Source: an uncultured delta proteobacterium
GTDB lineage: Bacteria > Myxococcota > Myxococcia > Myxococcales > Myxococcaceae
Assembly (NCBI GenBank): GCA_963713045.1
Contig: CAVQKE010000006.1
Span: 224,001 to 288,000, forward strand
Direction: 5' to 3'
DNA length: 64,000 bases
The position numbers and the translations under genes are program-made. Numbering within the stretch: position 1 is the stretch's first letter; every line of letters starts with the position of its first letter. This document shows positions 36,442 through 46,795 of this stretch, in pieces. The notes under the pieces are model-generated. The model was not told the DNA's origin and did not search any database. It saw only the letters and a list, made by a program, of their open reading frames with translations.

Positions 36442-39366
36442 ATGGAAAAGAGGGTTTCGCGCGAGCCGTTTGCACTGGCCGTCGTCGCAGCACCAGCGTC
36501 GGACCGGGCTCCGGACGCGCTGGCCGCGGGGACGCCGGCGTCTCTCCGGGACGACTTGGAAACTCTGCTGGGTGCCGAGCGCGTCCTCAGCCGGCCCATT
36601 GACTTGCTCCGCTACGCCTCGGACGCGAGTCCCTACCGCTTGTTTCCGAAGGCCGTCATCATCGCCCAGGACGTCGAGGACGTGCGCAAACTCTTCGAAT
36701 ACGCGCGGACCTGGGGCGAGTCCGTCACCTTTCGCGCTGCGGGGACGAGCCTCAGCGGTCAGTCTCAAAGCGACGGCCTCCTGGTCGACGTCCGACGCCA
36801 TTGGGCCGGGGTGACGGTGGAAGCCGGCGGTCGGAGGCTGCGCGCCCGTCCGGGAACGGTCATGGCGCATGCCAACGCCGCGCTTCACCGGTACGGGACG
36901 CGGCTTGGGCCGGACCCAGCGAGCAGCAATGCCTGCACGGTTGGGGGCGTCATTGCCAACAACTCGAGCGGCATGTGCTGCGGGACAGTGCAGAACACCT
37001 ACAAGACGCTGGCGTCGCTGACCTTTCTTTTGCCCTCTGGGACGCTCATCGACACCGCAGCCCCCTCCGCCGAGCGCCGCTTCGCCGAGGGGGAGCCCGC
37101 GTTGGCGCGCGGACTGTTGGACATCAAGGCGGAGATTGAGGCTGACCCGCAGCTGGTGGCTCGCCTGCGGAGGAAGTTCGCCATCAAAAACACCACCGGA
37201 TACCGGATGGATGCCTTCCTCGACGGCGGGACGCCGTTGGAGATTTTCCGCGGCCTCCTCGTCGGCTCGGAGGGGACGCTGGCCTTCCTCAGCGAGGCCG
37301 TCTTCGACACGGTGCCCGACGACCGCTACCGACTGACCGCGATGCTCGTCTTCCCGGACCTTCACGCGGCGAGCAGTGCGGTGAAGCCCTTCGTCGACCG
37401 AGGCGCGGCGGCGGTGGAACTCCTCGACCGCGCTTCACTTCGCTCGGTGGAGGGCAAGCCAGGGGTGCCGCCACGCTGGAGCGCGCTTCCCGAAGGTGCG
37501 GCGGCGCTGCTGGTGGAGTTTCGCGAGCCGGACGCGGCTCGGTTGGCGCGCGTGGAAGGCGAGGCGCAGGCCCTCCTGGCCGAGCTTCCTCTCGCCGAGC
37601 CGGCGCGCTTCACTCCCGATGCGGCGCTGGCCCGACAGTACTGGCAGGTGCGCTCCGGGCTCCTCCCTTCGGTGGGTGGCGCACGGCCGAGTGGCGCTTC
37701 CTTCATTCTGGAGGACGTTTGCTTTCCGCCGGAGCGACTCGCCGACGGGACGCTCGACATCCAGGCGCTTTTCCGCAAGCACGGCTACGCGGGCGTCATT
37801 TTTGGCCACGCCTCGGCCGGCAACCTTCACTTCCTCATTACGCCGTCACTCAATCAGCCAAAGGACGTCCGGCGCTACGCCAGCTTCATGAGCGACTTGG
37901 TGACGCTGGTGGTGGACAAGTACGAGGGTTCACTCAAGGCCGAACACGGGACTGGCCGCAACATGGCCCCGTTTGTTGAAAAGGAGTGGGGTGCCAAGCT
38001 GACCGGGATGATGTGGCGGGTGAAGCGTCTGGCCGACCCAGACGGGCTTCTGTCACCGGGAGTCCTGCTGACCGCCGACCCGGAGGGCCACCTCAAGCAC
38101 CTGCACACCACGCCTTCGGTGGAGGCGGTGGTGGACCGCTGCATTGAATGTGGCTTCTGTGAACCGGTTTGCCCCAGCCGCGACCTCACCACCACCCCCC
38201 GGCAGCGCATTGCGCTCCGGCGCGAGATGGCTCGCCAGCCCGAAGACTCAGCAGTCCGGGAGGCGGTGTTACGCGACTACCCGTACGAGGCAGTGGAGAC
38301 GTGCGCCGGTGACGGCAGCTGTGGCCTGGTCTGCCCGGTGGGCATCGACACCGGCGTGTTGATGAAGCAGTTTCGCCACCTCGAGCACACTCTTTTGGAG
38401 GAGCGCGTCGCGCTCCGCCTAGCCGAGCGCTGGGGGGAGGTGGAGGCAGTTGCCCGCCGCGCCGTTCAACTCGGTGGGGTGATTGGCCCGCGGGCGATGA
38501 ATCTTCTCACCCGGCTGGCACGCACCGTGCTCAACAAGGACTTGGTGCCGGAATGGCTTCCGGTGATGCCCAAAGCCGCGAAGGCGGAGCTGCCGGCCAC
38601 CGACTCAGCAACGGCGAAGGCGGTGTACTTCCCGGCGTGCGTCAACCGCATCTTTGGAGGTGCGGCGGGCAGCTCCGCGGGCCCAAGCTTGCCGGAGGCG
38701 CTGGTGGCGGTCTCTCAGCGCGCCGGGGTCCCGCTATGGATTCCCAAGGATGTGGTGGGGAACTGCTGCGCCACGGTTTGGCACTCCAAGGGCTACCATC
38801 AGGGCAACGCGTGGATGGCCAACCGGGTGGTGGAGAGCCTCTGGCGGTGGAGCCGGGAGGGCGCGCTCAGCATCGTGGTGGACGCCACCTCCTGTACCCA
38901 TGGCCTGGTGGACGACGTGAAGGGGGACCTCACCGAGGAAAACCGCGAGCGCCACAGCCGGCTGCGCATTCTCGACGCCGTGGCCTGGGTGCATGACGAG
39001 GTGCTGCCGCGGCTTGTCCCGACGCGAAAGGTGGAGTCCGTCGTCCTCCACCCGGGCTGCTCGGCACAGCACCTCGGGCTGTCCGGCAAGCTGCAGGCCA
39101 TTGCCAACGTACTGGCCGAGGAAGCGCTGGTGCCGGTGCACGCTGGCTGCTGCGGCTTCGCCGGAGACCGGGGCTTCCTCCACCCAGAACTTACCCGGGC
39201 AGCGACCGCCGATGAAGCGGCGGAGGTGGCCGGGCGCACCTTCAGCGCCTACTTGGGCACCAACCGGATGTGTGAGGTGGGGATGCAGTCCGCCACCGGG
39301 GCGCGGTACCGCTCCTTCGTTTACCTCCTGGAGGAGTTGACGCGGCCTGAATCCACCGCCGCCTAG
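36442..39366 (+). CDS. FAD- and Fe-S-binding oxidoreductase (Fe-S D-lactate dehydrogenase-like)
   Basis: FRAAGTSLSGQ, GPDPAS, GSEGTL, LKAEHGTGRN, CIECGFCEPVCP and CCGFAGDRG motifs. Confidence 0.92.
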   Translation: MEKRVSREPFALAVVAAPASDRAPDALAAGTPASLRDDLETLLGAERVLSRPIDLLRYASDASPYRLFPKAVIIAQDVEDVRKLFEYARTWGESVTFRAAGTSLSGQSQSDGLLVDVRRHWAGVTVEAGGRRLRARPGTVMAHANAALHRYGTRLGPDPASSNACTVGGVIANNSSGMCCGTVQNTYKTLASLTFLLPSGTLIDTAAPSAERRFAEGEPALARGLLDIKAEIEADPQLVARLRRKFAIKNTTGYRMDAFLDGGTPLEIFRGLLVGSEGTLAFLSEAVFDTVPDDRYRLTAMLVFPDLHAASSAVKPFVDRGAAAVELLDRASLRSVEGKPGVPPRWSALPEGAAALLVEFREPDAARLARVEGEAQALLAELPLAEPARFTPDAALARQYWQVRSGLLPSVGGARPSGASFILEDVCFPPERLADGTLDIQALFRKHGYAGVIFGHASAGNLHFLITPSLNQPKDVRRYASFMSDLVTLVVDKYEGSLKAEHGTGRNMAPFVEKEWGAKLTGMMWRVKRLADPDGLLSPGVLLTADPEGHLKHLHTTPSVEAVVDRCIECGFCEPVCPSRDLTTTPRQRIALRREMARQPEDSAVREAVLRDYPYEAVETCAGDGSCGLVCPVGIDTGVLMKQFRHLEHTLLEERVALRLAERWGEVEAVARRAVQLGGVIGPRAMNLLTRLARTVLNKDLVPEWLPVMPKAAKAELPATDSATAKAVYFPACVNRIFGGAAGSSAGPSLPEALVAVSQRAGVPLWIPKDVVGNCCATVWHSKGYHQGNAWMANRVVESLWRWSREGALSIVVDATSCTHGLVDDVKGDLTEENRERHSRLRILDAVAWVHDEVLPRLVPTRKVESVVLHPGCSAQHLGLSGKLQAIANVLAEEALVPVHAGCCGFAGDRGFLHPELTRAATADEAAEVAGRTFSAYLGTNRMCEVGMQSATGARYRSFVYLLEELTRPESTAA

Positions 39367-39389
39367 CCCCGGACCTTCCTTCGTGGGCC

Positions 39390-39941
39390 CTACCCTGGGT
39401 TGGCCCGGAAGAACGTCTCTCGGTAGTAGCGAAGCTCGGCGATGCTGGCGCGGATGTCGGCCAGCGCGCGGTGGTTGGACTCGGGCTTCTGAAAGCCCGG
39501 GGATTCCGGGTACCAGGCACGCGTCAGCAGCTTGAGGCTGGAGACGTCCACCTGGCGGTAACTGAGGTAGCGCTCCACCAGCGGCATGTAGCGGGCCAGA
39601 AAGCGCCGGTCATGGTGGATGGTATTGCCCGCGAGAATGCCTTCGCCCGGGCCACAGTGTCTGGCCACCAAGTCGAAGAGGTCCCGCTCGGTTTCACGCA
39701 GCGAGAAGGGGGAGGTCCGAATGCGCTCGGTCAGGCCGCTCTTGGCGTGCATCTCGCGCACGATGGGCTCCATCCGCGCCAGGACTTCTTCCGGCTGCCA
39801 CACCACGCGCTCGAATTCGTCCACGGGTTCGAGTTGCGGGCCGGTGACCAGCGCCGCCACCTCGACGATGGCGGAAGTTTCCGGCTCGAGGCCGGTCATT
39901 TCCAAGTCCACCCAGAGAAAAACGGCAGAGGGTTTGGCCAT
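39390..39941 (-). CDS. orn: Oligoribonuclease
   Basis: WVDLEMTGL, MH..SGL, GN.I..DR.FL, DVSS.K and HRAL.DI..SI.EL..YR motifs. Confidence 0.95.
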   Translation of the reverse strand: MAKPSAVFLWVDLEMTGLEPETSAIVEVAALVTGPQLEPVDEFERVVWQPEEVLARMEPIVREMHAKSGLTERIRTSPFSLRETERDLFDLVARHCGPGEGILAGNTIHHDRRFLARYMPLVERYLSYRQVDVSSLKLLTRAWYPESPGFQKPESNHRALADIRASIAELRYYRETFFRANPG

Positions 39942-39964
39942 CGCGGTCGCTCCTTACCACCTCT

Positions 39965-40384
39965 TCAGGGAGGCGAGGGCTGGAGCGCGGCGATGGCCGC
40001 GCGGGCTGCGTCCGGAATGCGCACCTTGGCCCCGGTGGCGTAGTTGAGAAGCACCACCACCGAGGTGCCGCGGGCCAGCAGCCGGTCGGCCGCCCCCACC
40101 GGCCACACGGCGTGCTCAAGCGTCAAGCTGGTGTTGCCCAACTTGGCCGCCCGGGCGCCCACCACCAAGCGAATGGGAAAGACGACTGGCTGCAGGTAGT
40201 CGCAGTGTGCCGCGGCGAGAATGGGGGCCACGCTGTCGCGCGGGTTCAGGGAAAGTCCCGCTGCCTGGAAGAAGGCGATGCGCGAGGACTCGAACCAGGT
40301 GAAGAAGCGGGCATTGTTGACGTGCCCGAAGGCATCCATCTCGCCCCAGTGGATGGGGAATTCGACCGTCACCGGGTAGCTCAT
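39965..40384 (-). CDS. Acyl-CoA thioesterase (4HBT/hotdog)
   Basis: WGEMDAFGHVNN..F..WFES.R motif. Confidence 0.92.
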   Translation of the reverse strand: MSYPVTVEFPIHWGEMDAFGHVNNARFFTWFESSRIAFFQAAGLSLNPRDSVAPILAAAHCDYLQPVVFPIRLVVGARAAKLGNTSLTLEHAVWPVGAADRLLARGTSVVVLLNYATGAKVRIPDAARAAIAALQPSPP

Positions 40385-40440
40385 TCGGGCGGTCTACCCT
40401 GCAGCAAGTAGGCCGCAAGGGGAAGGGTTTAGTCTCTCTT

Positions 40441-41148
40441 GTGGTGCACACCAGGACGCCGCTCTCCGAGGTCCTTTCTGCCCATGGGGTGGTGCCGGAG
40501 CGCGCCATGGTGGACGCGGCCGCCGGCGAGGCGGTGCGTGGAAGCTGGTGGTCCCACTCTCAAAGCCACGCCATTTTTCGCGCCCTAGAAAGGCTACGGG
40601 AGGACCCGGATGCCTTCCTCTGCAAACTGGTCGATGGGAAGCAGACATATGTCCACCGCCGGCTTTGGCCCGCGCTGTTGCGCCTTCAGGCCGAAGCCTC
40701 GTTGTGGCCGGCGGTTTCCCCGGAGGCCCGGCGGCTGCTGCAGCGGATTGAGCGGGAGGGCGCTGTCCAGGCCACGGGCCGCCGTCGCCTGGAGCTGGAG
40801 CGGTCGCTGCGGGTGGTCGCGCGTTCGGTCCATACCCCCTCCGGCACGCACTGCGTGGTGCTGACTCCGTTCACCTCGCACTTCTCGCAGGCGGAGCAGG
40901 CGGCAGCCGCGCAGCTGACGCTGCAGGAGGCGCAAGCAGCGCTGCGCCTCGGGCGGGCGGGAGACGCCTCTCGGGGGCCGCCTCGGCCCTCGCCGAGGAG
41001 GGCTACAGGGCGGCGAGTGCGCGGGTCAACCGCTGGGCCGCCTCTTCCACAATCGGCTCCAGCTCCGGGCGCTTCACCACCTCGAACATCGCCCCGGGCT
41101 TCACGGCCTGCACCACCATCCGGCCGTCGTCCGCCTCGAAGACGGTGA
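40441..41148 (+). CDS. Hypothetical protein (AlkZ-related wHTH-like N-terminus)
   Basis: GSWWSH, KLVDGK.TYVHRRLWPALL. The low-complexity tail overlaps the convergent gene by 146 bp, so the 3' end is doubtful. Confidence 0.6.
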   Translation: MVHTRTPLSEVLSAHGVVPERAMVDAAAGEAVRGSWWSHSQSHAIFRALERLREDPDAFLCKLVDGKQTYVHRRLWPALLRLQAEASLWPAVSPEARRLLQRIEREGAVQATGRRRLELERSLRVVARSVHTPSGTHCVVLTPFTSHFSQAEQAAAAQLTLQEAQAALRLGRAGDASRGPPRPSPRRATGRRVRGSTAGPPLPQSAPAPGASPPRTSPRASRPAPPSGRRPPRRR

Positions 41149-41407
41149 CGTTGCATGGAAGCAACAGGCCCACCCCGAGCTCTGTCCCCAACGCCCGATG
41201 GGCCAATTGGGGGTTACAGGCGCCGAGGATGGTGTAGCGGCGGAAGTCGACTCCAATTTTTTGTTTCAAAGTCTCTTTGACGTCGATGGTGGTGAGGACG
41301 CCGAAGCCCTCCGCCTTCAATGCCTCCGTCGTTCGGCGCACCGCCTCCTCGAAGCTGGTTCCGGCCAGAGTGCGGGTCGAACCGTAGGCCACCTCGTAGC
41401 TCTTCAT
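41003..41407 (-). CDS. DUF302 domain protein
   Basis: EGFGVLT.ID, Y.ILGACNP and G.LLPCNV motifs. Confidence 0.93.
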   Translation of the reverse strand: MKSYEVAYGSTRTLAGTSFEEAVRRTTEALKAEGFGVLTTIDVKETLKQKIGVDFRRYTILGACNPQLAHRALGTELGVGLLLPCNVTVFEADDGRMVVQAVKPGAMFEVVKRPELEPIVEEAAQRLTRALAAL

Positions 41408-41422
41408 TTTGCCCTCCTAGCG

Positions 41423-42634
41423 TCAGCCCGCACAGTACAGCTGGACCGTCAGCTGGGTATCCGTCTGTCGGCGCACGCAGGCACCCTGGAAGAGAATGCT
41501 GGGGAAGCCCCCGTCTGGGGCAGCCAGGTAGGAAATGCCGCCGTTGTCCACGGTGCAGAGCTGCTCGGAGCCGTCGGCCCTGACGATGGTGACGACCAGT
41601 AGGGTTGGGTCGGGGACGTTGGAATTCAAGGCCAGCGTCTGCGGCACGGCGGCGATGTCGGCCAGGGCCAATAGCTGGTCGTGGTAGCTGGGGGCGCAGA
41701 CGGAGTACAGGTTTTCCAAGTTGAGGTCGAAGAGCAACGCCATTTGCCGCAGGCGGGTCCCGGGCGCATTGCTTTCGGGGCAGTCCGCGTTGCACAGCGC
41801 AAAGCCTGCGTCCCCATCGCAAGGGACGGCCTCGGCACTTTTGTCGAGCAGCGAGACCGGCGCCAGGGAGCCCCACACCACTGCCCGGGTCCCGCTCTGG
41901 CCGTCGGGCAGGGTGGTAAGCAGCGTGAAGTAATCCCCCACCGGCGTCAGCAGGGCGGCCTGGTTGATGCAAAAATTCTCACCATCCGCGTCATCCTCGT
42001 GCACCAGCGGGGGCCGGCGCGTCTCGCTGCAGTCATCCTCGTCACTGACGGCGACCACCATCAACCGGGCGCCGTCACGCAAGAACCCGCGGTTGGCCGG
42101 CCCACCGTCTGGCAGGTCGAGTGGCGCGAGGGCATTCTGCAGGGCGATGCGGGTGGCTTCGAAGGGCGTCTCCTGTCCGCTTCCGTCGATGCCGACGGTC
42201 GCCATCGCCAGCGCGAAACGCGGCACCAACTCGGGGTTGGTGTCATCGAGGTAGCGCTCCGGCCCAACGCCGCCGTCAAGCAGGGGGATATTCAACAGCC
42301 AGCCTGCTTGTGGGTAGTAGTTGTAAAAAATGGTGTTGTAATATTGGTAAGCTTCGTAGACGGACGTCGTGGTCACCGCCACCCGGAAGTTGTTGGCGAC
42401 GCCTCCGGACTTCTGCAACTCCTCGACGAAGACGGGAATGTCCGTCGCGACGCGCTGCTGGATGGGGGCCATCGAGCCGCTGTTGTCCACGACGAAGAGG
42501 ATGTCCGTCTTCACCGGCTGAAGACTCGGCACTTGCTGCTGACATTGCGTCGGCACGCCGGTTCCAGGCTGGGAGGCCGGCGATTGGCACGCCGGCACCG
42601 CGAATGTCGCGGCGGCCAAAAGCGTTGCCCACAG
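41423..42634 (-). CDS. vWA-domain lipoprotein (CglB-like, myxobacterial)
   Basis: DILFVVDNSGSM (MIDAS), GSGQE, FLRDGARL, SDEDDCS; PAC lipobox. Start uncertain. Confidence 0.8.
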   Translation of the reverse strand: MWATLLAAATFAVPACQSPASQPGTGVPTQCQQQVPSLQPVKTDILFVVDNSGSMAPIQQRVATDIPVFVEELQKSGGVANNFRVAVTTTSVYEAYQYYNTIFYNYYPQAGWLLNIPLLDGGVGPERYLDDTNPELVPRFALAMATVGIDGSGQETPFEATRIALQNALAPLDLPDGGPANRGFLRDGARLMVVAVSDEDDCSETRRPPLVHEDDADGENFCINQAALLTPVGDYFTLLTTLPDGQSGTRAVVWGSLAPVSLLDKSAEAVPCDGDAGFALCNADCPESNAPGTRLRQMALLFDLNLENLYSVCAPSYHDQLLALADIAAVPQTLALNSNVPDPTLLVVTIVRADGSEQLCTVDNGGISYLAAPDGGFPSILFQGACVRRQTDTQLTVQLYCAG

Positions 42635-42857
42635 CCCCCTCGGCCTGCGCCTGGTGGAGGCGAGGGTGAAAGTCTCTTGCTGAATGGGAACCCCAGGCCT
42701 CCTTTCGTCGAGTAGCTTTAGCGCAACTGCCCCGTGTGCCTCATCCCCGGTGCCGCTTGAGGCTGGGTGGCGGAGGACCCTGCGACCCTGGTTGTCAATG
42801 GTTATGGTGGGACAAGGCCTTGTGGAGCGACGCCGAAACCCAAGGAGGGAGACGCCC

Positions 42858-43343
42858 ATGTACGCAACGAAGAATGACTTGCCAGCCAAGAAGCGTGAAG
42901 CGCTGTCGGAGATGCTCAATCTGCATTTGGCCGTCTGCCTCGACGTGATGCTGCAGTCGAAGCAGGCGCACTGGAACGTCAAGGGGGCCAACTTCATCGC
43001 CCTCCACGAGCTGTTCGACAAGATCAACGAGGATTTTGAGGAGTACACCGACCTTTTGGCCGAGCGCATCGTCCAGCTGGGCGGCGTGGCGGAAGGGACG
43101 GCGACGGTGGTGGCCAAGCGAAGCATGTTGAAGGCCTACCCACTGCTGCTCGGTGACGGGTTGGAGCACGTGGACTACCTTTCCACCTCCGTCGCTGCCT
43201 TTGGGAAGGCGGTCCGCGAAGCCATTAAGACCAGCGGTGAGGAATTCGGCGACGCGGACACCGCGGACATTTACACTGAGATTTCGCGCGGCGCGGACAA
43301 GTGGCTCTGGATGCTGGAGGCGCACCTCAACACCCAGAAGTAG
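42858..43343 (+). CDS. dps: DNA starvation/stationary phase protection protein Dps
   Basis: KQAHWNVKG.NFI.LHELFD, D.LAERI.QLG and DK.LW..EAH motifs; AGGAGG RBS. Confidence 0.96.
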   Translation: MYATKNDLPAKKREALSEMLNLHLAVCLDVMLQSKQAHWNVKGANFIALHELFDKINEDFEEYTDLLAERIVQLGGVAEGTATVVAKRSMLKAYPLLLGDGLEHVDYLSTSVAAFGKAVREAIKTSGEEFGDADTADIYTEISRGADKWLWMLEAHLNTQK

Positions 43344-43368
43344 CCGTCCTCCAGCTGCTGGCGCCGAG

Positions 43369-43971
43369 TCAGACGTGACGCCAGTGGCCTGGCACCCATC
43401 TCCACCCGGCGGCCGTCGGCTTCCAGTGGCCTGCGACCCAGGCGTGTCCCGGCTTGGGGGCGGACCAGGTGCCGGGGACCCACTCATACCGGGTGCCAGT
43501 CCAGGCCCAGTAGCCTCCAATCCACACCGCCGTTGGGTAGGGCGGCGCCGGTTGCACTTCGACGCGGGCCGCTGGCGGAGCCACCTGGACGGCCACGTCG
43601 GCCGCTGGTTGCGGACTGTAGACAGCCACCGGTGCAGGCGCTGGGGCCGGAGCGACTGTCACCTCGGGGTGTCTCCAGTGCCCTTCGCGGAAGTACCAGG
43701 CACCACCGCGCCGCACCCACTCAGCGGGCACCCACAGGTAGCCGGGCCCGGGTGGCCGTGCCCAGTGGCCGCCCCTCCAGACATAGGCGCCGTGCTCCCA
43801 GCGCCAGTGCCCGGCAATCCACACCGCCCCTGGGTAGGGCGCCGCTGACTGCACTTCCACGCGGGCTGCGGGCGGCGGTGTCCCAACGTCGATGCGGACT
43901 TCGGCCTGGGCGAGGACAACCGCGGGCAAAATCCAAAAAGCCGCGACGGCGCACAGCATTCGACATTTCAT
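43369..43971 (-). CDS. Secreted YXWGXW-repeat protein
   Basis: Repeated W..G.W units in two blocks, each preceded by PP..RVEVQ. Confidence 0.88.
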   Translation of the reverse strand: MKCRMLCAVAAFWILPAVVLAQAEVRIDVGTPPPAARVEVQSAAPYPGAVWIAGHWRWEHGAYVWRGGHWARPPGPGYLWVPAEWVRRGGAWYFREGHWRHPEVTVAPAPAPAPVAVYSPQPAADVAVQVAPPAARVEVQPAPPYPTAVWIGGYWAWTGTRYEWVPGTWSAPKPGHAWVAGHWKPTAAGWRWVPGHWRHV

Positions 43972-44197
43972 TTTCTGTCTCCCTGTGCGCTTGAGACGGG
44001 CGACACGTCGGAGCCATTCAAAGCCGCACCAACACTGCGCACGCCGCGTGGTTGCGGCAACACCCGGAGGGGCCCGATGCATTGTCGGGGTAAAGCTTCA
44101 GCGTCATTTCCCCGGAAGCGGAGGGTCTTCTTTTGGCGCGGCCCATTCGGCGCAGATGCGCCGCGGCCAGTGGCCGCCGGTGAGCCAGGCTTGCGAC

Positions 44198-44731
44198 TCA
44201 GTCGCCGGCCAGCTCGCCGTCGAGAAGGTGCGCGGCCTCTGTCGCCGACGCCACCACCCGCGCCTCATACAGTCCTTCGGCAGCGCGAGCGACGCTGGTG
44301 GCGGCGCCCTGAGCGGAGCCGACGACGCGCACCATTCTGCGCATGCCGGCCTCGACGTACGCCGTGGCAGCACGCCGCAACAGGGGGAAGGCGGCCGGGG
44401 TGACGGTGCCCAGCCGAGAAACGTCTGTGATGACGTCGAAGCCGGGACGCAACGTGGCCAGTGCCGCGCGGAGGTCTGTCAGCAGCGCCTCGGCCTGGGC
44501 GAAGTCGAGAAAGCCCCGCATCGTGACGGACAGCCGCTGCTTCTCCACCGAGACGTCCACCCCATAGGTGGGCGCTGGGCGGGTGGGCGTCCGCGTGCCT
44601 CGCGCCTGCCGGGCCTTTGGCGGCGCGGCCAGTCGCTCCTCGTACCCCGCGCGCAACGCATCCGCCCTCAACAGCAGCGCCCGCAGCTGGTCCAGTTGTG
44701 CGTCGCTCGTCTGCCTTCGCCGCTGTCCCAC
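44198..44731 (-). CDS. Hypothetical protein (STAS/SpoIIAA-like alpha/beta C-terminal part)
   Basis: Plausible codon usage; GF.VITDVS, GM...VRVV pattern. Confidence 0.55.
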   Translation of the reverse strand: MGQRRRQTSDAQLDQLRALLLRADALRAGYEERLAAPPKARQARGTRTPTRPAPTYGVDVSVEKQRLSVTMRGFLDFAQAEALLTDLRAALATLRPGFDVITDVSRLGTVTPAAFPLLRRAATAYVEAGMRRMVRVVGSAQGAATSVARAAEGLYEARVVASATEAAHLLDGELAGD

Positions 44732-44893
44732 GTGCCGACCCCCCGGGAGGAAAGTCTTCTACCTCCTGACACCGGCCAACCGCAGCGATGCGTCTCATTA
44801 TTTCGTTTTCTTACAGATAGGGATTCTGAGTGACATTAGCCAGGACTCGGCGTGTGTCTTCGGCGGTCACAGCGCTTCAGTTGGCGAAGTCCC

Positions 44894-45931
44894 TCAGTGC
44901 CGATGGTGGTGGTGCGCATCCGGCAGGTGGGGATGGTCGTGCGTCAGCGGGGAGTGCTGGTGCGGATGGCTGTGGGGCTCGCTGACCGACCCGCCATGGC
45001 TGTGTTGGTGGTGCACGTCGTGGACGTGTCGGTGCTCATGCGCCACAGCTTCGTGGCTGTGGAGGTGCCGGTGGCGCTCCGAGAGGAGAAGCCAGACGCC
45101 GACTGCCATCAGCCCGCCTGCCCACAGCGTCCCCGGCGAGAGGCGCTCTCCCAGCAGCACCACTGCGCCGAGGGCACCCAAGAAAGGCGCGGTGGCGAAG
45201 TACGCCGCCTCACGAGCCGCTCCCAGCAGCCGAAGCGCATAGGCGTCCAAAAGAATGCTGGTGCCGTAGCTGGCGGCACCCAGCAGGAGGGCCAACAGCG
45301 CGGTGCGCAGCGAAGGCAGCGGCTGACCGACAAGGCGCGCCAGGGCGAGTGTGCAGATGCCCGCGCCCAGCGTCTTGGTACGCACCAATGCCAAAGGGTC
45401 GCGCAGCGAGAGGCTGCGGGTGAGGTTGTTGTCGAGTCCCCAGGCCAGACAGGCCCCAGTCACACAGAGAGCTGCGGCGACAGGCACCTTCACCGGGCCG
45501 CTCGGCAGGGCCAACACCAGCGCCCCGGCAACCACCGCCAGCAGGGAAGCCACCCCGCGCCAGCCGACGTGCTCGCCGAAGACGACCGCCGCCAGCCCCA
45601 GGGTGAATGGACCTTCGAGGTTGAGGAGGAGCGACACCGCCGAGGCGCTGGCCTGCTGGAGCGCCACCAGCATCAGCACCGGGCCAATGACTCCGCCAGC
45701 GAGAATGAGGAGCCCGACGAGGGGCAGGTCCCTTCGAAGCAGCGGCGCCTCGGTGGTCCGCCGGCGCAACACCATGGCACCGCTGAGCGCCAACCCGCCG
45801 CCCAGGTACAGCAGCCCAGCCAGAGTCAGTGGCGCGGTTTGGTCGAGCAGCGGCTTGGCCAGCGGAGCGCTGAGTCCGAAGAGCGCCGCAGCCGCCAAGC
45901 CGCACAGAGCTCCTCGGGTGGACGGGGACAA
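44894..45931 (-). CDS. DMT/EamA transporter with His-rich C-terminal tail
   Basis: LFG.S.P.AK, SLLLNLEG, W.LDNNLTR, YFATAPF; poly-His tail. Start inferred. Confidence 0.9.
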   Translation of the reverse strand: MSPSTRGALCGLAAAALFGLSAPLAKPLLDQTAPLTLAGLLYLGGGLALSGAMVLRRRTTEAPLLRRDLPLVGLLILAGGVIGPVLMLVALQQASASAVSLLLNLEGPFTLGLAAVVFGEHVGWRGVASLLAVVAGALVLALPSGPVKVPVAAALCVTGACLAWGLDNNLTRSLSLRDPLALVRTKTLGAGICTLALARLVGQPLPSLRTALLALLLGAASYGTSILLDAYALRLLGAAREAAYFATAPFLGALGAVVLLGERLSPGTLWAGGLMAVGVWLLLSERHRHLHSHEAVAHEHRHVHDVHHQHSHGGSVSEPHSHPHQHSPLTHDHPHLPDAHHHHRH

Positions 45932-45950
45932 GGGAAGTGGTGGACCCGCG

Positions 45951-46448
45951 CTACTTCTTCTTCTTTTTCGCCGGCGCCTTTGCCACTTGGAATTGCTTCG
46001 TTCCAGAGGGCTTGTCGTCGACGAAAAGCTGAACGGTGTACAGGCCGACCGGCAGGCCAGAGGCCTTCTTGATGTGGAATTCAGTGGCCTTGGGCCCAAG
46101 CGAGGCGATGGTTTGGGTGCTTTCGTTCACCAGAATGGCCTTCGGGCCATAGGTCCACCTCGCCCGGAGAGCCACCGACGGCGCAGTTCCGTCGGTGACG
46201 ACCGAGAAGTGGATGGTGTCCTTGGGGCCAAAGGTGTCCGTGGGGGCCGTGACTTTGTTGTCAATGCCGACGGCCTTCCCCAGTTCCATCTCCGTCACCT
46301 GGAAGGGTGGCGGAGGGGGTGGGGGAGGCGGGGCTTGTACCACCGGTGGCGGGGGCGGAGGAGGCGGGGGAGCCGGTTTACTGCAGCCGGACAGTGCGGC
46401 GACGGTGGCGAGCAGGCCGAGCGCAACGGCTCCGCGAAAGCGTGACAT
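45951..46448 (-). CDS. Pro-rich lipoprotein
   Basis: LSGC lipobox, poly-Pro linker, Ig-like body, Lys tail. Confidence 0.8.
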   Translation of the reverse strand: MSRFRGAVALGLLATVAALSGCSKPAPPPPPPPPPVVQAPPPPPPPPPFQVTEMELGKAVGIDNKVTAPTDTFGPKDTIHFSVVTDGTAPSVALRARWTYGPKAILVNESTQTIASLGPKATEFHIKKASGLPVGLYTVQLFVDDKPSGTKQFQVAKAPAKKKKK

Positions 46449-46497
46449 GGGGGCCTCGTGTGGGGTGGAGAGACAGCGACAGGGAAACGAAGGCGAA

Positions 46498-46740
46498 TTA
46501 GCTGACCGGGATTTTCAACACCTGCCCTGGGTAGATGAGGTCCGGGTTTTTGATGGTGTCTTTGTTGGCCGCGTAGATGAGGCGCCACTTCTGGGCGTCG
46601 CCCATCAACGCCTTGGCGATTTTCGAGAGGCTGTCACCCTTCATCACGGTGTAGGTGCGCTCCTGCTTCGGGTCGAGCGACACCGAGGAGGAGCCAGCCT
46701 GGACGTCTGAGAAATCCGGGTCGTCGTCGGGGGAACCCAT
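46498..46740 (-). CDS. LysM domain protein
   Basis: YTV.KGDSLSKIAK...W..IY.AN...NPDLIYPGQVLKIP motif. Confidence 0.95.
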   Translation of the reverse strand: MGSPDDDPDFSDVQAGSSSVSLDPKQERTYTVMKGDSLSKIAKALMGDAQKWRLIYAANKDTIKNPDLIYPGQVLKIPVS

Positions 46741-46795
46741 TGCTTCCTCCAGAGGGGCTGACGCCTGCGAAGTCTGGACACCGGCCGCACGGTCG

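Noticed and set aside
42635..43126. N-terminal extension of the vWA ORF
   Set aside because: Antisense to dps and upstream of the lipoprotein signal.
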